NCBI GenBank assembly: GCA_005883405.1
Contig: VBGG01000126.1
Location: 1 to 38,739, forward strand
Reading direction: 5' to 3'
DNA: 38,739 nt
Source of the DNA: Chloroflexota bacterium
Lineage (GTDB): Bacteria > Chloroflexota > UBA6077 > CF-72
Shown here piece after piece: positions 36,747-38,739 of this stretch (position 1 is the first letter of the stretch; every line of letters starts with the position of its first letter). The translations under genes were made by a program, and so were the position numbers. The notes under the pieces are model-generated. The model saw nothing but the letters and a program-made list of their open reading frames with translations, was not told where the DNA came from and ran no database searches.

Positions 36747-37918
36747 TCGTCACCGCGCCACTGCTCGAACAGTGGCCAGACGGCCGGATCTTCCAGGCCT
36801 AGCCGCCAGGTCGCTACGCCGCGGACGCGATACGCGTCCACCAGGCTGAGGCGCGCCGCGGCGCTGGTGCTCTCCTCGAGCCAGACTTCGTGAAGCTGCG
36901 GCTCGCCAGGCGATGGAGCCGGGGGCGTCGGCGTCGATGGCACCGGCGGGGGCGGTTGCGCGTCGCACGGCGGCGGCTGGTGCACGGCCGTGGCGTGGCG
37001 TGGCGGCGGCTGAGACGGCACAGTTGGCGGCGGCTCACCTGACGTGCCCGCGTACGTGAAGGACAGCGATCGCTGCTCGAGATCGAAGCCGACTGCTGCC
37101 GAGTACCGCTCCGCGAGGGCCGCGAACTGGGCGTAGCCGATCGAGCGCGCGCTGCCTGACGTGGTGTTCCAGTCATAGCCGTAGAAGGCGAGGCCGAGCA
37201 GGACCCTGTCGGGCGGAATCTGGGCGGTCGCGAAGCGGGCCACACGCTGCACCCAGGCGAAGGGCGCCACCGAGCCGGGTCCGCTGAAGGGACCGCGATA
37301 TTCGTAGGCCATGACGGTGACCAGGTCGGCCTGCGCGCCGAGCGCGGCGTAATCGAAGGCGCCGGACCAGCCCTGGGTTACGTCACGCTCCTTGGCCGGG
37401 ATGGCCAGAGTGAGCATCTTGCCTTGCTCGTGCAGGGCGGCGGCGAGCGTACCAACGAAGTCAGTGAGCGCGGGCCGATCGTCTGGTGCGATGTTCTCGA
37501 GGTCCAGATCGAAGCCGTCGTAGTCCTCGGCGGAGGTGTAGCTGACGATGTGCTCGATTGCGCTCATGCTGATGTTCTCATCGGTAAGGATCCGATGGTT
37601 GAGCCAGGACGAGACGGTGAACAACGACGGCACCACCTTGAGGTTGTGGCTCCTGGCGAACTGCTTGAGCGTCTGATCGTCGCGACTGGCGATCCCGCCG
37701 CAGGCATCAATGCTGACCCACTGCGCTCCGACCAGATCCAACTGATCGGCATGCGCCTGCAGCGAGGACCAGGACGCGGAGTCGTACGGCACGTAATAGC
37801 CCAGCACCAGCGCCCGCGCTGGCGTGCTCGGTTGCGATTCCTGCGCGCTGAGCGGAGCGAAGCCGACGACCATGGCGATTGCGATCGCGGTCAGCAGCGC
37901 GGTCCCTGTGATCACCAT
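36734..37918 (-). CDS. Secreted GH18-family glycoside hydrolase (YaaH/YdhD-like)
   Basis: Signal peptide; catalytic DGFDLDLE; MAYEY, LGLAFYGYDW and GVATWRLGLED motifs. Confidence 0.88.
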   Translation of the reverse strand: MVITGTALLTAIAIAMVVGFAPLSAQESQPSTPARALVLGYYVPYDSASWSSLQAHADQLDLVGAQWVSIDACGGIASRDDQTLKQFARSHNLKVVPSLFTVSSWLNHRILTDENISMSAIEHIVSYTSAEDYDGFDLDLENIAPDDRPALTDFVGTLAAALHEQGKMLTLAIPAKERDVTQGWSGAFDYAALGAQADLVTVMAYEYRGPFSGPGSVAPFAWVQRVARFATAQIPPDRVLLGLAFYGYDWNTTSGSARSIGYAQFAALAERYSAAVGFDLEQRSLSFTYAGTSGEPPPTVPSQPPPRHATAVHQPPPCDAQPPPPVPSTPTPPAPSPGEPQLHEVWLEESTSAAARLSLVDAYRVRGVATWRLGLEDPAVWPLFEQWRGDDQGV

Positions 37919-38051
37919 TGCGACCGCTGTTGTACTCGCCGTGGGCCTGCCAGCGGCGTCACCAGCCCGCCCGCATGCGCCCTGAGAGCGAGCCTGGATG
38001 CCTCGGCCCGGCCACCCACCCCGGCCACGGCACCCGTCGCCTGGGGGAGCT

Positions 38052-38255
38052 GCGCTCGCCGCGGTGGTCCACTACGTCGTCGTACTGCCCGTCTCCAAGC
38101 TGATCGAGCAGTTCAGTCCGCCGCCTGCCGCCGCCACGCGCGCGTGCCCGTTCTGCCTGAGCAAGATCCCCCTCAAAGCGCGACGCTACGCGTTCTGCAC
38201 CTCAGACGTAGAGGACAAGGTCCAGGCACTGATCGACCTGATGACGAGTGCCTAG
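38052..38255 (+). pseudogene. mscL: C-terminal remnant of a large-conductance mechanosensitive channel with zinc-ribbon tail
   Basis: AAVVHYVVVLPVSKL (end of TM2) plus TRACPFCLSKIPLKARRYAFCTS; the N-terminal half is absent. Confidence 0.6.
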
Positions 38256-38374
38256 GAACGCGGCCGAAAAGTATGAAATGCCTCGAAATCTCGGTGGCCG
38301 CGTTCCTAGGCCAATCTGTCAAAGAAGTTCGGCCGCCTGCGACTTGTGCCGAAAAGCGGCTTGTCGGCCGAACT
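38247..38374 (-). repeat. Modular palindromic repeat A-B, inverted relative to the 27459 array
   Basis: Its reverse complement nearly matches 27532-27656 and ends CTAGGCACT, like CTGGGCACT at 27708. Confidence 0.9.
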
Positions 38375-38739
38375 CCGTCGTCTGACCGTTCAGTGGCGCA
38401 TCTATCCTCAAAACGGCGTAAGTGACCGCAGGTACGTCTTCTATCGGGATGAGGTAGGTCTTCCCGTTTTGCGGGCAGTACACCCCAAAAGCGTCTATCT
38501 GGCCGTGATAGCCGCCATCGCCCAGCGGGCGTCGGCTGTCCATGACGCAGGTCTTGAAGCCCACGCAGCCGTCGCGCAGCCTCCCCGTCTTGCACTGGAT
38601 GCGGACAACGCGGTTGCCCTCGTCCACCGCCAGGTCGTAGCGCTCCTCGTTCCACGGGATCAACACGGACATTCCGAGTTGAACGAGCGCGTGCAGTATT
38701 GCCGCCTCCGTCCTTTTGCCCTTCGTAGTCGGGTTGGGT
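38319..38739 (-). CDS. PD-(D/E)XK endonuclease (PDDEXK_5-like), 5'-partial; C-terminus runs into the repeat
   Basis: KGKRTEAAI..VLIPW..RYDLAVD..RIQCKT..IDAFGVYCP..YLIP. Confidence 0.8.
   Translation of the reverse strand, partial: PNPTTKGKRTEAAILHALVQLGMSVLIPWNEERYDLAVDEGNRVVRIQCKTGRLRDGCVGFKTCVMDSRRPLGDGGYHGQIDAFGVYCPQNGKTYLIPIEDVPAVTYAVLRIDAPLNGQTTEFGRQAAFRHKSQAAELL

Noticed and set aside
27720-38246. Composite transposon or genomic island between the inverted repeats
   Set aside because: There is no transposase or integrase, and the cargo includes tRNA genes and ordinary chromosomal genes.

Overview
High-GC bacterial chromosomal segment. Gene content suggests a soil Chloroflexota-like organism (inference only). 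It carries a form I aerobic CO dehydrogenase operon (coxMSL plus an XdhC/CoxF-YHS gene), an aromatic-acid module (disrupted UbiD-family gene, PNPOx-like protein, benzoate-CoA ligase family), rpsU with a double zinc-ribbon gene, a PotABCD-like ABC transporter with a disrupted binding protein, convergent tRNA-Arg(TCG) and tRNA-His(GTG), and many two-component proteins. Four things stand out. (1) An unannotated 49-aa hydrophobic peptide ending GFGWS lies directly upstream of a polytopic-membrane histidine kinase and divergent from an OmpR-type regulator: a candidate peptide-signalling system. (2) A modular, CTAG-delimited palindromic repeat family occurs at four loci, and its two largest copies lie next to broken genes. 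(3) A 17-aa Cys-Cys-Trp mini-ORF has its own promoter, structured tail and terminator upstream of the zinc-ribbon/rpsU genes. (4) Internal deletions and gene remnants recur, and may be real decay or sequencing/assembly artefacts. All family calls come from motif recognition by eye; no database searches were run.
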